DNA of 64,000 nt. Origin: an uncultured Dehalococcoidia bacterium. Lineage in GTDB: Bacteria > Chloroflexota > Dehalococcoidia > Lucifugimonadales > GCA-2712585. The stretch is taken from assembly GCA_958295715.1 (NCBI GenBank), contig OY282371.1, positions 1,175,261-1,239,260 on the forward strand, in the 5' to 3' direction. The translations under genes and the position numbers were made by a program. The notes beneath the pieces were generated by a model. It worked only from the letters and a program-made list of their open reading frames with translations, was not told where the DNA came from and searched no databases. Shown in pieces: positions 1-9,552 of the stretch. Positions within the stretch are counted from its first letter, which is position 1; each line of letters begins with the position of its first letter.

Positions 1-11
1 TCTACACCAGA

Positions 12-755
12 GTGGTGGGAAGGCGCATCCTCTACTTTGACAGCCTCTCCTCCACTATGGACCAGGCCGCCAAAGAAGCCGAAAAGGGGATAGTCGAGGG
101 AGCCGTGGTCATGTGCCGCCGGCAGCGGGCGGGCAGAGGCAGGTTCGGACGCGCCTGGGTCTCCGACGACGGCGGCCTGCTCCTATCCGTGGTCTTCTAC
201 CCCTCCACCGAGGCCCTGCCCTTCATCAGCGTCATCACGGCCCTCGCCGTGGCCAGGACCATTGAGAGGGAAACGGAGCTTTTCCCGGTAATCAAGTGGC
301 CCAACGACGTAATGGTTAACGGCAAGAAGGTCTGCGGCGTCCTGGTGGAGAACGTGTCGGAGGGCGCGGCCACCCGCTCCATCGCCGGCATAGGTCTCAA
401 CGTGAACATGGACCCGAAGGACGCGCCGGACATCGCGGACACAGCCGCCAGCCTCCGCTCCGAGACGGGGCGAGAGATGAACGACGGAACGCTGCTGAGG
501 CGGCTCCTCCACGAACTCGACGCCCTGTACGTTGACCTGAAGCAGGGCCGGTCGCCCGTGGAGGAGTGGCGCCGCCGGCTGGACACCCTGGGCAAACGCG
601 TGAAGGTCCGGTGGGGCGGAGAGGTCATGGAGGGCGTCGCCGAGGACGTGGACTCGCTGGGGCATCTGCGGCTGCGGCAGGACAACGGCGCCCTCGTCAC
701 CCTGCCGGCGGGTGAGGTCACCCTCAACCCCCACGCCCCAACGAACCCCAACTGA
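12..755 (+). CDS. birA: Biotin--[acetyl-CoA-carboxylase] ligase (N-terminus may extend beyond window)
   Basis: Q.AGRGRFGRAW, KWPND and KVCGVL motifs; C-terminal G.L.L...AGEV domain. Confidence 0.93.
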   Translation: MVGRRILYFDSLSSTMDQAAKEAEKGIVEGAVVMCRRQRAGRGRFGRAWVSDDGGLLLSVVFYPSTEALPFISVITALAVARTIERETELFPVIKWPNDVMVNGKKVCGVLVENVSEGAATRSIAGIGLNVNMDPKDAPDIADTAASLRSETGREMNDGTLLRRLLHELDALYVDLKQGRSPVEEWRRRLDTLGKRVKVRWGGEVMEGVAEDVDSLGHLRLRQDNGALVTLPAGEVTLNPHAPTNPN

Positions 756-813
756 GCGGCCTTGGCCTAACCGTCGCCGCCGCCAGCCCCGCCACCCTTC
801 CCACCGCCCCGTG

Positions 814-1292
814 TCGTCATTCCCGCGCAGGCGGGAAGGGCGCGTGCGCCCACTTAGGTTTTGCGGAGCGTTGGTTCTGCGTTGGCCTCCCATACGCGCT
901 CCTGTTCCTATCCGTCATTCCCGTGAAAACGGGAATCCAGGAAGCCTTATCCCAGAACCAACGCCTCAAACTCCAGCCGTCCGTAGGGGAGCACCCGCGC
1001 CCGTCTCCCTTCCGTCATTCTCGCGCAGGCGGGAAGGGCGCGTGCGCCCACTTTGTTTTGAAGAGCGTTGGTCCTGCGGCGCGAGGTTTCTGCCGTCCCC
1101 ACTTTTTCCGTCATTCCCGCGCAGGCGGGAATCCATCCCCGGCCCCGATGCGCCGGCAACCCCGCGCCGGTAAGGGCCGGTCCCGTCACGGTCAGGGCCT
1201 CGTTAGGGTAGCGTCTACGGGTGACGCCGGAGTTGGGGGGTTGGTTCTGCTGTGTGGGCTTCCTGGATTCCCGCCTTCGCGGGAATGACGGA
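814..1292. repeat. Palindromic repeat cluster 1 (ATTCCC-N8-GGGAAT family)
   Basis: Four forward copies of GTCATTCCCG..CGGGAA (~815, 913, 1013, 1109) and one inverted copy (~1263-1291). Confidence 0.92.
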
Positions 1293-1402
1293 AAGGGGGG
1301 CGGGAATCCATCCCCCCCCAAACCGTCGGCTTTGCGGAAACAGGCCCTCTTCCCCTATAGTGTCTCTCACGGGTTTATTCAGGGTCTCATTGAGGAGGGG
1401 TT

Positions 1403-2218
1403 ATGCTCGATAGGCTGAGTCTTGACGGTAAGGTGACCATAGTCACCGGCGGCGGCACGGGGTTGGGGCGGGCCATGGTCGTCGCCCTGGCCAGGGCCGG
1501 CTCCGACGTGGTGATAGCTTCACGGCGGCCAGGCCCCATCCAAGACGCCGCCGCGGAGGTCGAAGCCCTGGGCCGGCGCGCCTTGGCCGTTCCCACAGAC
1601 GTCACCTCGTCGGACCAGGTGAACGCCATGGCCCGGCAGTGCTTGGACGAGTTCGGGAGGGTGGACGTACTCATCAACAACGCCGCCATGCTCGGCGCCC
1701 CCCGCACCCCCATTTGGGACATGACCGATGAGGAGTGGCGGTTGGGCATAGACGCCAACCTCACCGGGGCCTTCTACTGCGCCCGCGCCGTGGCCCGCCA
1801 CATGGTGGAACGAGGGCAGGGCAAGATAATAAACGTGGCGTCGGGCTTCGGGCTGCGCGGCGGAAGGGACATGTACACCTACACCTGCGGTAAGGGCGGC
1901 CTAATGCAGTTCACCCGTACCCTGGCCATGAGCTTGGGGCCTTACGGGGTCACGGCCAGCGCCATAGTCCCCGGCTTCATACCCACCAAGGGCGTCGAGT
2001 CCATGAGAGACGCCCTCCCAACGGCCGCCGACCGCGTCCCCATAGGCGAGTTCCCCAAGCCCGCCGACGTGGGGCCTATAGCCGTTTTTCTGGCGTCGGC
2101 GGCCTCCGACTACATGAACGGAGAGGCCATCACCATAGACAGCGGCGGGCTGGCGGCGGGCTTCGCGCCCACGGGTCACGCCCCCATCATACCCTTGGAA
2201 TCGCTTCAGAGGAGGTAG
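1403..2218 (+). CDS. Short-chain dehydrogenase/reductase (catalytic motifs intact)
   Basis: TGGGTGLG, INNAA, Ser in NVAS, YTCGK (YxxxK); GAGGAGG RBS. Confidence 0.9.
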   Translation: MLDRLSLDGKVTIVTGGGTGLGRAMVVALARAGSDVVIASRRPGPIQDAAAEVEALGRRALAVPTDVTSSDQVNAMARQCLDEFGRVDVLINNAAMLGAPRTPIWDMTDEEWRLGIDANLTGAFYCARAVARHMVERGQGKIINVASGFGLRGGRDMYTYTCGKGGLMQFTRTLAMSLGPYGVTASAIVPGFIPTKGVESMRDALPTAADRVPIGEFPKPADVGPIAVFLASAASDYMNGEAITIDSGGLAAGFAPTGHAPIIPLESLQRR

Positions 2219-2220
2219 AA

Positions 2221-2982
2221 ATGCCCGTTATTCCCGAATATCGTTTGGATGGCAAGGTGGCCTTCCTGGCAGGAGAGGGCGACGGCCTCACGCCCACCCT
2301 GGCCGGGGCGCTAGTGGAGGCGGGCGCCAAGGTCTTTGTGATGGGGCCTCATCAGCCGGTGGTGGAAGGGGGTATGCTGGAAGCAGCCAAGCGCGGCGGC
2401 CACGCCCTGGGCCTCTTCGGCGACCCCGCCGACCCCGTGTCCCTTGAGCGGGCCTTGGAAGCCCTGCTGCCCCTGTGGGGCCGGGTGGACGTGCTCGTCA
2501 ACAACTGCCGCGCGCCCTTCGCCAAGCCCTTCGAGTCGGTGGAGGCCGCCGAGTGGGACGAGACCATACGCCGCAACCTCGGCTCCGCCTATCTCCTCTC
2601 CCACCGGATAGGCCGCGAGATGCTCAAGCAGGGTGGAGGCAGGATTATCAACGTCATCTCCGGCCTTGCCGAGCGGGGGATGCAGAACTCCACCGCCTTT
2701 TGCGCCAGCCAGGGGGCCGTTTTGCAACTCACCCGCTCCCTGGCCCTGGACTGGGCGCGGCGCGGCGTCCGGGTCAACGCCGTGGGGCTGGGCTGGATGG
2801 ACGACGCGGAATCCGGCGATCCGGAGCCGCAAAGCGACCTCCTGACGCGGTACATCCCCCTCAAGCGCAAGGCCGTCCCCGAAGACCTGGCCCCGCTGGT
2901 GGTGTGGCTGGCCTCCGACGCCTGCGCCTTCACCACAGGGCAGCCCATCTACCTCGACGGCGGCCTCATGGCCCATCCCTAA
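2221..2982 (+). CDS. SDR-fold protein with degenerate catalytic motifs
   Basis: SDR fold (VDVLVNN, GGRIINV, VRVNAV, TGQPIYLDGG) but FCASQ replaces YxxxK. Confidence 0.85.
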   Translation: MPVIPEYRLDGKVAFLAGEGDGLTPTLAGALVEAGAKVFVMGPHQPVVEGGMLEAAKRGGHALGLFGDPADPVSLERALEALLPLWGRVDVLVNNCRAPFAKPFESVEAAEWDETIRRNLGSAYLLSHRIGREMLKQGGGRIINVISGLAERGMQNSTAFCASQGAVLQLTRSLALDWARRGVRVNAVGLGWMDDAESGDPEPQSDLLTRYIPLKRKAVPEDLAPLVVWLASDACAFTTGQPIYLDGGLMAHP

Positions 2983-3010
2983 GCGGCGGCCTTATAGCTC
3001 CATGCCCCTT

Positions 3011-3065
3011 CTTGTGGAGGCCCTTTTTGTGGAGGCCCCTCTTGTGGAGGCCCCTCTTGTGGAGG
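3011..3065 (+). repeat. 15-bp tandem repeat x4 (TTGTGGAGGCCCCTC)
   Basis: TTGTGGAGG at 3012, 3027, 3042 and 3057. Confidence 0.9.
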
Positions 3066-3195
3066 AAGAATGCGGCAGCTTGGCCGTTCCCTCCTCCCGA
3101 TTTCGGGGGGATGGCGGTTACCCACGCCTCTTACCGGGAGAGGGTGGAAGCCGTAGGGAACCGTCCAACCAAAGAGACCCCAAACGCCCATCGCC

Positions 3196-3224
3196 TTGAG
3201 CGATAGAAACCTCTGGTATACAAT
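3196..3224 (+). promoter_or_regulatory. Putative sigma70 promoter of his operon (near-leaderless)
   Basis: TTGAGC-N17-TACAAT, 7 nt before the GTG at 3232. Confidence 0.55.
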
Positions 3225-3231
3225 CGGGGCC

Positions 3232-4704
3232 GTGAAGACTGAAACGCCGCAAAACCCACCAGCCCTACGCCGCCCCGGTGAAGAGGACGGGCTGTCCCTA
3301 ACCGGGGCCTACGGGCTGCTAACGTCCCTATTCTCCAGCCACGGCTACACCCTGGTCGACACACCCATTCTGGAGCCTGCCGAACTGTTCGTCCGCAAGG
3401 GCGGCGGCGAGTTGGCGGCCCGGATGCACTCCTTCACCGACCCCGGCGGCAACTGGTTGAGCCTGCGCCCCGAGTTCACCTCATCGATAGTCCGCTCATG
3501 CCTGGAAAACAACCTGCTCCGGTCCCTGCCCTTCCGCGCCCAGTACGGCGGCCCCGTATTCCGGTACGGCGGGGAACGGGAGCCGAGGCGCCAGTTCCAC
3601 CAGGCCGGCGTTGAACTCATCGGGTCGGGACACCCCCGGGCCGACGCCGAGGCCCTGGTCTTGGCGTGTCAGGGGCTGGCGGCCCTGGGAATCCGGGGCG
3701 GCGTGAAGCTAACCCTTGGCGACCTTGGCCCCTACAACGAGTTGGCGGGGCGCCTGGGCCTGTCGGAACGCGCGCGGCTCTTTGTCCTAGACAACGTGAG
3801 CAGGCTCAAGGGCGGCGCCCAGGAACTGGAGGCGGCTCAGCAGAGGGCCCACGAGTTCCGGCTCATCTCCAAGGACGGCCTCAGCGACCCCGTTCTGGCT
3901 CAGCCCGTTCTGGTCCAGCCCGTTCTCGCCCAGATAGAGGGACTTGACGAGGGCCGAGCCCGCGACCTCATCGCCGCCATGATAGAGCAGACGGAACCCG
4001 GTTTCCTGGGCCAACGGACGGCTGAGGAGATAGCCGAGCGGCTGCTCAACAAGCTCCGGGGCGCGCAGGACAGGGAGAAGATGACCCGCGCCCTGCGGCT
4101 GGCCTCCCAACTGGCCGCTATAGAGGGGGAACCGGCGGCGGCCTTGGAACAGGCGCGGGGGCTGCTGAAGGCCGAGGCTCCCCGCTCCGAGGCCCTTGAC
4201 CGCTTGGAAGAGGTGGTGTCCCTCATGGATGGCGAGGATCTGGGCGGCGCCGAGGCGCGCGTCGACTTTGGCATGACCCGCGGAATCGCCTACTACACCG
4301 GAGTCCTCTTTGAACTGGTGGACGTGAACAGCGGCCTCTCCCTCGGCGGCGGCGGCCGCTACGACGACCTGATAGGCGCCCTGGGAGGCCGCGACCTGCC
4401 CGCCTTTGGCTTCGCCTACGACGTGGAGCATATCCTGGCCATGACGCAGGACCAGCCGCACCTTGGAGACGCCGCGCCCCAACGGTCAGGCGTCCTGGCG
4501 CTTCCCGCCACTCCGGACGCCTTCAAGGAGGCGCGGCGGGTGGCCGCGGAGCTACGGGACAGCCGCCGCGAACCCGTGGAGATGGAGGTCTCCGGCCGGA
4601 GCCTCCAAGAATGCCTCGCCTACGCCGCGGCCAAGGGCATAAGCGAGGTCATCGAAGTCTTCCCCAACTCCGAAAGGAAAACCCACCTCCTTGACGTCAA
4701 ATAA
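3232..4704 (+). CDS. hisZ: ATP phosphoribosyltransferase regulatory subunit HisZ (HisRS-like)
   Basis: LRPEFT, GPVFRY, QAGVELIG, YYTG and GGGRYDDL motifs; overlaps hisG; start could instead be TTG at 3196. Confidence 0.75.
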   Translation: MKTETPQNPPALRRPGEEDGLSLTGAYGLLTSLFSSHGYTLVDTPILEPAELFVRKGGGELAARMHSFTDPGGNWLSLRPEFTSSIVRSCLENNLLRSLPFRAQYGGPVFRYGGEREPRRQFHQAGVELIGSGHPRADAEALVLACQGLAALGIRGGVKLTLGDLGPYNELAGRLGLSERARLFVLDNVSRLKGGAQELEAAQQRAHEFRLISKDGLSDPVLAQPVLVQPVLAQIEGLDEGRARDLIAAMIEQTEPGFLGQRTAEEIAERLLNKLRGAQDREKMTRALRLASQLAAIEGEPAAALEQARGLLKAEAPRSEALDRLEEVVSLMDGEDLGGAEARVDFGMTRGIAYYTGVLFELVDVNSGLSLGGGGRYDDLIGALGGRDLPAFGFAYDVEHILAMTQDQPHLGDAAPQRSGVLALPATPDAFKEARRVAAELRDSRREPVEMEVSGRSLQECLAYAAAKGISEVIEVFPNSERKTHLLDVK

Positions 4705-5719
4705 CTCGACGCCCGGCAACTCGTCTATCCGGCTGATGCTGCCCAGCGCGGGGGCGCTCTACGAGTCCACGCGGGAGTTCCTGAACGCCTGCAACCTGCC
4801 GGTGGACAGGCCAAGCGCCCGGCGGTACACGGGCCGGATTCCCAGCCTAAACGGCGTCACGGTCCTATTTCAGCGAACGGCGGACATCGCCTCCAAGGTG
4901 GAGGACGGCAGGGCGGACCTGGGCGTCACCGGCTTGGACAGGTTCCTAGAGTATCGTCGAGAGGCCGGAGGGGCCGCCATCCTAATAGAAGACCTGGGCT
5001 TTGGCCGGTGCAAGCTGTGCCTGGCCGCGCCCAGCGCCTGGCTGGACGTGACGGCCATGAGCGACTTGGCAGACCTGGCCTTGGAGTTTCGCCAACGGGG
5101 CAGGCAGCTACGCATCGCCACCAAGTACCCCCGGCTGGTGAACCGGTATCTGCTCAAGAACGGCATCAACCACTTCCGGCTGGTCATGGCCACCGGGGCC
5201 ATAGAGGCCACCGTCGGCACCGGCTTCGCCGACCTGGTGGCAGACATAACGTCCAGCGGCGAGACCCTGCGGGAGAACCGGCTCAGACCCCTGGAGGACG
5301 GCTGCATCCTCACCTCCCAAGCGTGTCTAATCGGCAACCGGGCCACCATCGGCAGAAGCCCCGCGGCCCTTGGGCGCGTGAGGGACCTGCTGGAAATGAT
5401 GTCGGGACACCTTCAAGCCAAGTCCCACTACCGCCTATCCGCCAACATCCGGGCCGGCTCCCCGGAAGAGTTGGCGGCCAAGGCCCTGAAGCAGCCTAAT
5501 TTGGCGGGAGTGCGGGGCCCAACCGTTTCCAAGGTGTATAATGTGGACGGTGAAGGATGGTACGACGTGAGCCTGATAGTGGCTCAGGACAACCTGTTGC
5601 AGGTGGTGGACCATCTCCGGGGGATTGGCGCCACGGAGATATCCACCACGCGCCTCGGCTACATGTTCCGGGAGCGCTGCTTCCCCTATGAAGCCCTTCT
5701 CGCCAAGCTGGAGGGATAG
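4691..5719 (+). CDS. hisG: ATP phosphoribosyltransferase, long form
   Basis: ADLGVTGLD, LGFGRC, IATKYP, DITSSGETLREN and GPTVS C-terminal domain. Confidence 0.95.
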   Translation: MTSNNSTPGNSSIRLMLPSAGALYESTREFLNACNLPVDRPSARRYTGRIPSLNGVTVLFQRTADIASKVEDGRADLGVTGLDRFLEYRREAGGAAILIEDLGFGRCKLCLAAPSAWLDVTAMSDLADLALEFRQRGRQLRIATKYPRLVNRYLLKNGINHFRLVMATGAIEATVGTGFADLVADITSSGETLRENRLRPLEDGCILTSQACLIGNRATIGRSPAALGRVRDLLEMMSGHLQAKSHYRLSANIRAGSPEELAAKALKQPNLAGVRGPTVSKVYNVDGEGWYDVSLIVAQDNLLQVVDHLRGIGATEISTTRLGYMFRERCFPYEALLAKLEG

Positions 5720-6475
5720 ATGCCCAACCTGCCAACCCATTTCAACTTCGCCCTCGACACCCTAACCGCCCTGAACGACCCGTCTATCCAGTCCCACGTC
5801 GGGAGTTTCCTTTTGGGAAGCGCCACCCCGGACATTCGCGCCCTCACCAAGGGCAAGCGTTCCCACACCCACTTCGCCCCTTTGGAGGTGGACAGGGTTG
5901 GCGTCGGCGCCCAGGCGTTGTTCCGCTCCCATCCCCACCTGCGCCGCGCGCCCCGGCTGAGCGGGGCCACCCGCTCCTTCCTGGCCGGGTACATCAGCCA
6001 CCTTGTCACCGACGAGACATGGATAACCCGCATCTACCAGCCCTATTTCGCCAACCGGGGCGTATTCCCCGAACCCGTGGAGGCCAACGTGTTGGACAGG
6101 GCCTTGCAGCTGGACATGGACCGGCAGGCGCGGGAGGCCGCCCCGGGAATGGACAGGATTATCGAGCAGTTGCAGCAATCAGACCGGGACGTGCAGGTGG
6201 GCTTCATTGACGCCGCCCTCCTCAGCGACTGGCGGGCGTGGGTGTCGGACTTCAGCGCCCGCCCCTTTTCGTGGGACAGGCTCTTCTTCCTGGCGCGGCG
6301 TCGCAACGCCGGCGGCCCGGAGACCCGCGCCATTGTGGAGGACTTTATCTCATCGCCCCACTCCAACCTTCAAAAGGTCCATCGCAGAGTCCCGAAGGAG
6401 GAAGTCAAGGAGTTCCGCGAGAGGGCCATAGCCGAGTCCGCCAGACTCATACGGGAGCATCTGAATGTATCCTAA
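5720..6475 (+). CDS. Zinc-dependent phospholipase C-like family protein
   Basis: MP...H N-terminus, LGS..PD, THF and GY.SHL..D motifs. Confidence 0.7.
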   Translation: MPNLPTHFNFALDTLTALNDPSIQSHVGSFLLGSATPDIRALTKGKRSHTHFAPLEVDRVGVGAQALFRSHPHLRRAPRLSGATRSFLAGYISHLVTDETWITRIYQPYFANRGVFPEPVEANVLDRALQLDMDRQAREAAPGMDRIIEQLQQSDRDVQVGFIDAALLSDWRAWVSDFSARPFSWDRLFFLARRRNAGGPETRAIVEDFISSPHSNLQKVHRRVPKEEVKEFRERAIAESARLIREHLNVS

Positions 6476-7799
6476 ACTGCTTCACGGCCTGGACGAGGGC
6501 AAAAGATTCCTCTCCCTTAGAGGCTCGCCGGATCCGGACGGCCCTTCAGAGCAAGACCGGGCGCGCTCCCTGGAACTCTTTGGCGAACCCCTCTCCCTTG
6601 AGGAGTCCGTCCGGCGCATACTGGAGGACGTGCGGCGCGACGGCGCCCCCGCGGCCCTCCGCTACTCCCGGATTCTGGACGGCCTGGACTCGCCCGACCT
6701 TGAGGTTCCCCAAGAGGAGAGGGACAGGGCCGCCGCCAGCGTAGACCGTTCCCTCATAGATGCCCTTAAGTTCTCCGCCCGCCGCGTGAAGGAGTACCAC
6801 CGGGCCACCCTGCCCAAGAGTTGGGTCGACCACGAACGGGGCCTGGGCGAGCGGGTTGTGCCCATGGACACGGTGGGGGTCTACGCCCCCGGCGGCAGCG
6901 CCTCGTATCCCTCAACCGTCATAATGACCGTAGTTCCCGCGCGGGTGGCCGGCGTTGAAAACGTCATCCTCTGCACGCCATCGGCGACCCCGGCGGTGAT
7001 GGCCGCGGCGGCCATAGCCGGCGTGGACCGGGTCTTCCGCATCGGCGGCGTCCAGGCCATCGGCGCCATGGCCTACGGCGCCGGCGCCGTGCCAAAGGTG
7101 AACATGGTCTGCGGGCCGGGCAACGCCTTCGTCACCCTGGCCAAGAAGATGGTCTACGGCGAGGTGGCCATCGACGGCCTCTACGGCCCCACCGAGACCG
7201 TTCTGGTGGCCGACGGCGCCGCCAATCCCGTCCACTGCGCCGCCGACCTCCTGGCCCAGGCTGAACACGACCCTCTGGCCTCCCCCATCCTCATCACCGA
7301 CTCCCCCGCTATGGCCGACGACGTCCGGCGGGAGGTGGAGCGGCAGCTGCCCGGTTTGGAGCGCCGCGACGTGGCCGTCAACTCACTGGCAAACGGCGGC
7401 CGCGTCATCCTGGTGGACAACCTGTCCCAGGCCATGGAGTTGGCCAACTTCGCGGCCCCCGAGCACCTGTGCCTTATGGTGGAAGACCCCTGGCGCTGGG
7501 CGGAGGAGGCGCGGAACGCCGGCGGCCTCTTCCTGGGGACCCACTCCCCGGAGGTGGTCGGGGACTACGTCGCCGGGCCTAGCCACGTTATGCCCACGGG
7601 AGGAACGGCGCGCTTCTCCTCGGCCCTGGGAGTCCGCCAGTTCCTCAAGACCATGCCCGTCGTCGGCCTGAAGGCCCACGGGTTTGAGGAGATGGCCCGC
7701 GCCGCCTCTATTATCGCCAGGCGAGAGGGCTTTACGGCCCACGCCAGGGCCATGGAGATACGGCTGGAAAACGGAAGGGAGGCCTCGGCCGATGAGTGA
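6465..7799 (+). CDS. hisD: Histidinol dehydrogenase
   Basis: YAPGG..YPS, GPGNAFV, DLLAQAEHD, APEHL and GDYVAGPSHVMPT motifs. Confidence 0.97.
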   Translation: MYPKLLHGLDEGKRFLSLRGSPDPDGPSEQDRARSLELFGEPLSLEESVRRILEDVRRDGAPAALRYSRILDGLDSPDLEVPQEERDRAAASVDRSLIDALKFSARRVKEYHRATLPKSWVDHERGLGERVVPMDTVGVYAPGGSASYPSTVIMTVVPARVAGVENVILCTPSATPAVMAAAAIAGVDRVFRIGGVQAIGAMAYGAGAVPKVNMVCGPGNAFVTLAKKMVYGEVAIDGLYGPTETVLVADGAANPVHCAADLLAQAEHDPLASPILITDSPAMADDVRREVERQLPGLERRDVAVNSLANGGRVILVDNLSQAMELANFAAPEHLCLMVEDPWRWAEEARNAGGLFLGTHSPEVVGDYVAGPSHVMPTGGTARFSSALGVRQFLKTMPVVGLKAHGFEEMARAASIIARREGFTAHARAMEIRLENGREASADE

Positions 7800-8889
7800 C
7801 GCTTTGAATCTGGTTCTGCCCCACCTCAGAACGCCCCAAGGGTACGACGGGGTACGCTCACTGGAGGCCATGGCCGCGGAGGCCGGGATACGCCCGGAAA
7901 ACGTCATCCGGCTCAACGGCAACGAGAACTCCTACGGCCCATCCCCCAAAGTCGCCGAGGCCCTGGCGACCTTCGACCAGTACAACCGCTATCCCGACCC
8001 GGAGCAGAAGGCCCTGCGCGAGGCCCTGTCCGAATACACCGGCGCCCCCGCCGAGGGGATTGTGGCCGGAAACGGCAGCGACGAGCTTATCGACCTGGTT
8101 ATCAGGCTCTTCGTGGGACCCGGCGACCGGATTATCGAGCCAACGCCCACCTTCGGCATGTACCGCTTCTCCGCCCGGCTGGTGAACGCCGAGGTGGTCA
8201 CGGTTCCCAGGTATCCGAACTTTGAGCTTAACGTGGAAGGCATCCGATTGGCCTTGGACAAGCGAACCAAGATCATCTTCCTGGCGTCTCCCAACAACCC
8301 CACCGGCAACATGGCCGCCGAAAGCGAGGTCCGGAGGCTGCTGGAACTTCCCGCCGTGGTGGTGGTCGACGAAGCCTACTACGAGTATTGCGGCCGAACG
8401 GCCATGCCCCTGCTCGCCGAATATCCCAACCTCATAGTCCTGCGCACCTTCAGCAAATGGGCGGGGCTGGCGGGACTGAGGGTCGGCCTGGGGGCCATGA
8501 GCCCCGACGTGGCCGGCCTGATGATGACCATCAAGCCGCCCTATAACATGAACCGCGCCGCCGAGGTGGCCATGCTGGCCTCCCTCCAAGACACGGACCT
8601 ACTCATGGAACGCATCAAGCCGGTGGTTGAGGAGCGTGAGCGCATGTTTTCCCTCCTCAAGGCCATCCCAGGCGTCACACCCATACCGTCCCAGGCCAAC
8701 TTCATGATGGTCAGGCTTCCCGAGGGAAGGGGGGAGGAGATCTTCTACCGGCTGGCCCGCGGCGGCGTTTTCGTGCGCTGCTACGCCGACGAGGAGATGA
8801 AGGACTGCATACGGGTCAGCGTGGGCCTTCCTTGGGAGACCGACGGATTCGTCAAGGCCCTTGAGGAAGCGTTGGAGGCGCAGCCGTGA
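7792..8889 (+). CDS. hisC: Histidinol-phosphate aminotransferase
   Basis: NEN, NRYPD, GNGSDELI, PNNPTG, DEAY and RTFSK motifs; ATG 7792 overlaps hisD end. Confidence 0.95.
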   Translation: MSDALNLVLPHLRTPQGYDGVRSLEAMAAEAGIRPENVIRLNGNENSYGPSPKVAEALATFDQYNRYPDPEQKALREALSEYTGAPAEGIVAGNGSDELIDLVIRLFVGPGDRIIEPTPTFGMYRFSARLVNAEVVTVPRYPNFELNVEGIRLALDKRTKIIFLASPNNPTGNMAAESEVRRLLELPAVVVVDEAYYEYCGRTAMPLLAEYPNLIVLRTFSKWAGLAGLRVGLGAMSPDVAGLMMTIKPPYNMNRAAEVAMLASLQDTDLLMERIKPVVEERERMFSLLKAIPGVTPIPSQANFMMVRLPEGRGEEIFYRLARGGVFVRCYADEEMKDCIRVSVGLPWETDGFVKALEEALEAQP

Positions 8890-9485
8890 AGCCCCGCAAA
8901 GCGACGCTGGAGCGTGAGACCCGCGAGACCCGGATAAGCCTGTCAATCAATTTGGACGGCCGGGGCGCGTCGGAGGTGCGAACCGGGAACGGTATGCTGG
9001 ACCACCTGATAGCCCAGCTTAGCCGCCACGGGCTTATTGACATAACGCTGCGCGCCCAGGGCGACCTGGAAACGGGCTGGCATCACCTGGTGGAAGACGC
9101 CGGCATCTGTTTGGGGCGCGCCTTCCGCGAGGCCTTGGGCGACGGGGCGGGCATCCACCGGATGGGACACGCCATCGTGCCCCTTGACGAGAGCCTCGCC
9201 ACCGTGGCCGTGGACCTCAGCGGCCGAGGCTACGCCGCCATCGACTCCCAACTGAACGGCCGCATGGTCGAGACCCTACCGGGTGAGATGGTGGACCACT
9301 TCCTGGAGTCCTTCGCGCTAGAGGCCAAGATGAACCTCCACGCCAGGATAACGACGGGAGAGAACGCCCACCACAAGGCTGAAGCCCTGTTCAAGGCCCT
9401 GGCCAAGGCCCTCCGCCGCGCCTTGGAGCCGGACCCCCGGAACGCGGGCCAGGTCCCCAGCACCAAAGGCTCCATCACCACCTAG
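8886..9485 (+). CDS. hisB: Imidazoleglycerol-phosphate dehydratase
   Basis: RET.ET, HHLVED, NAHHKAEA.FKA and PSTKG motifs. Confidence 0.97.
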   Translation: MKPRKATLERETRETRISLSINLDGRGASEVRTGNGMLDHLIAQLSRHGLIDITLRAQGDLETGWHHLVEDAGICLGRAFREALGDGAGIHRMGHAIVPLDESLATVAVDLSGRGYAAIDSQLNGRMVETLPGEMVDHFLESFALEAKMNLHARITTGENAHHKAEALFKALAKALRRALEPDPRNAGQVPSTKGSITT

Positions 9486-9552
9486 CGGCCAGGCGCCTGC
9501 GCCCTCTGCCCCCCGTCCCTACATCCCCACCTCTCGCCACTGCGACCCCCTA

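Noticed and set aside
712-1321. ORFs containing RHSRAGGNP / SFPRRRES / VIPAQAG (also at 9.6, 23.7, 28.6-29.2, 43.2-43.9, 47.5, 51.0 and 63.3 kb)
   Set aside because: These are translations of the palindromic repeats, not genes.
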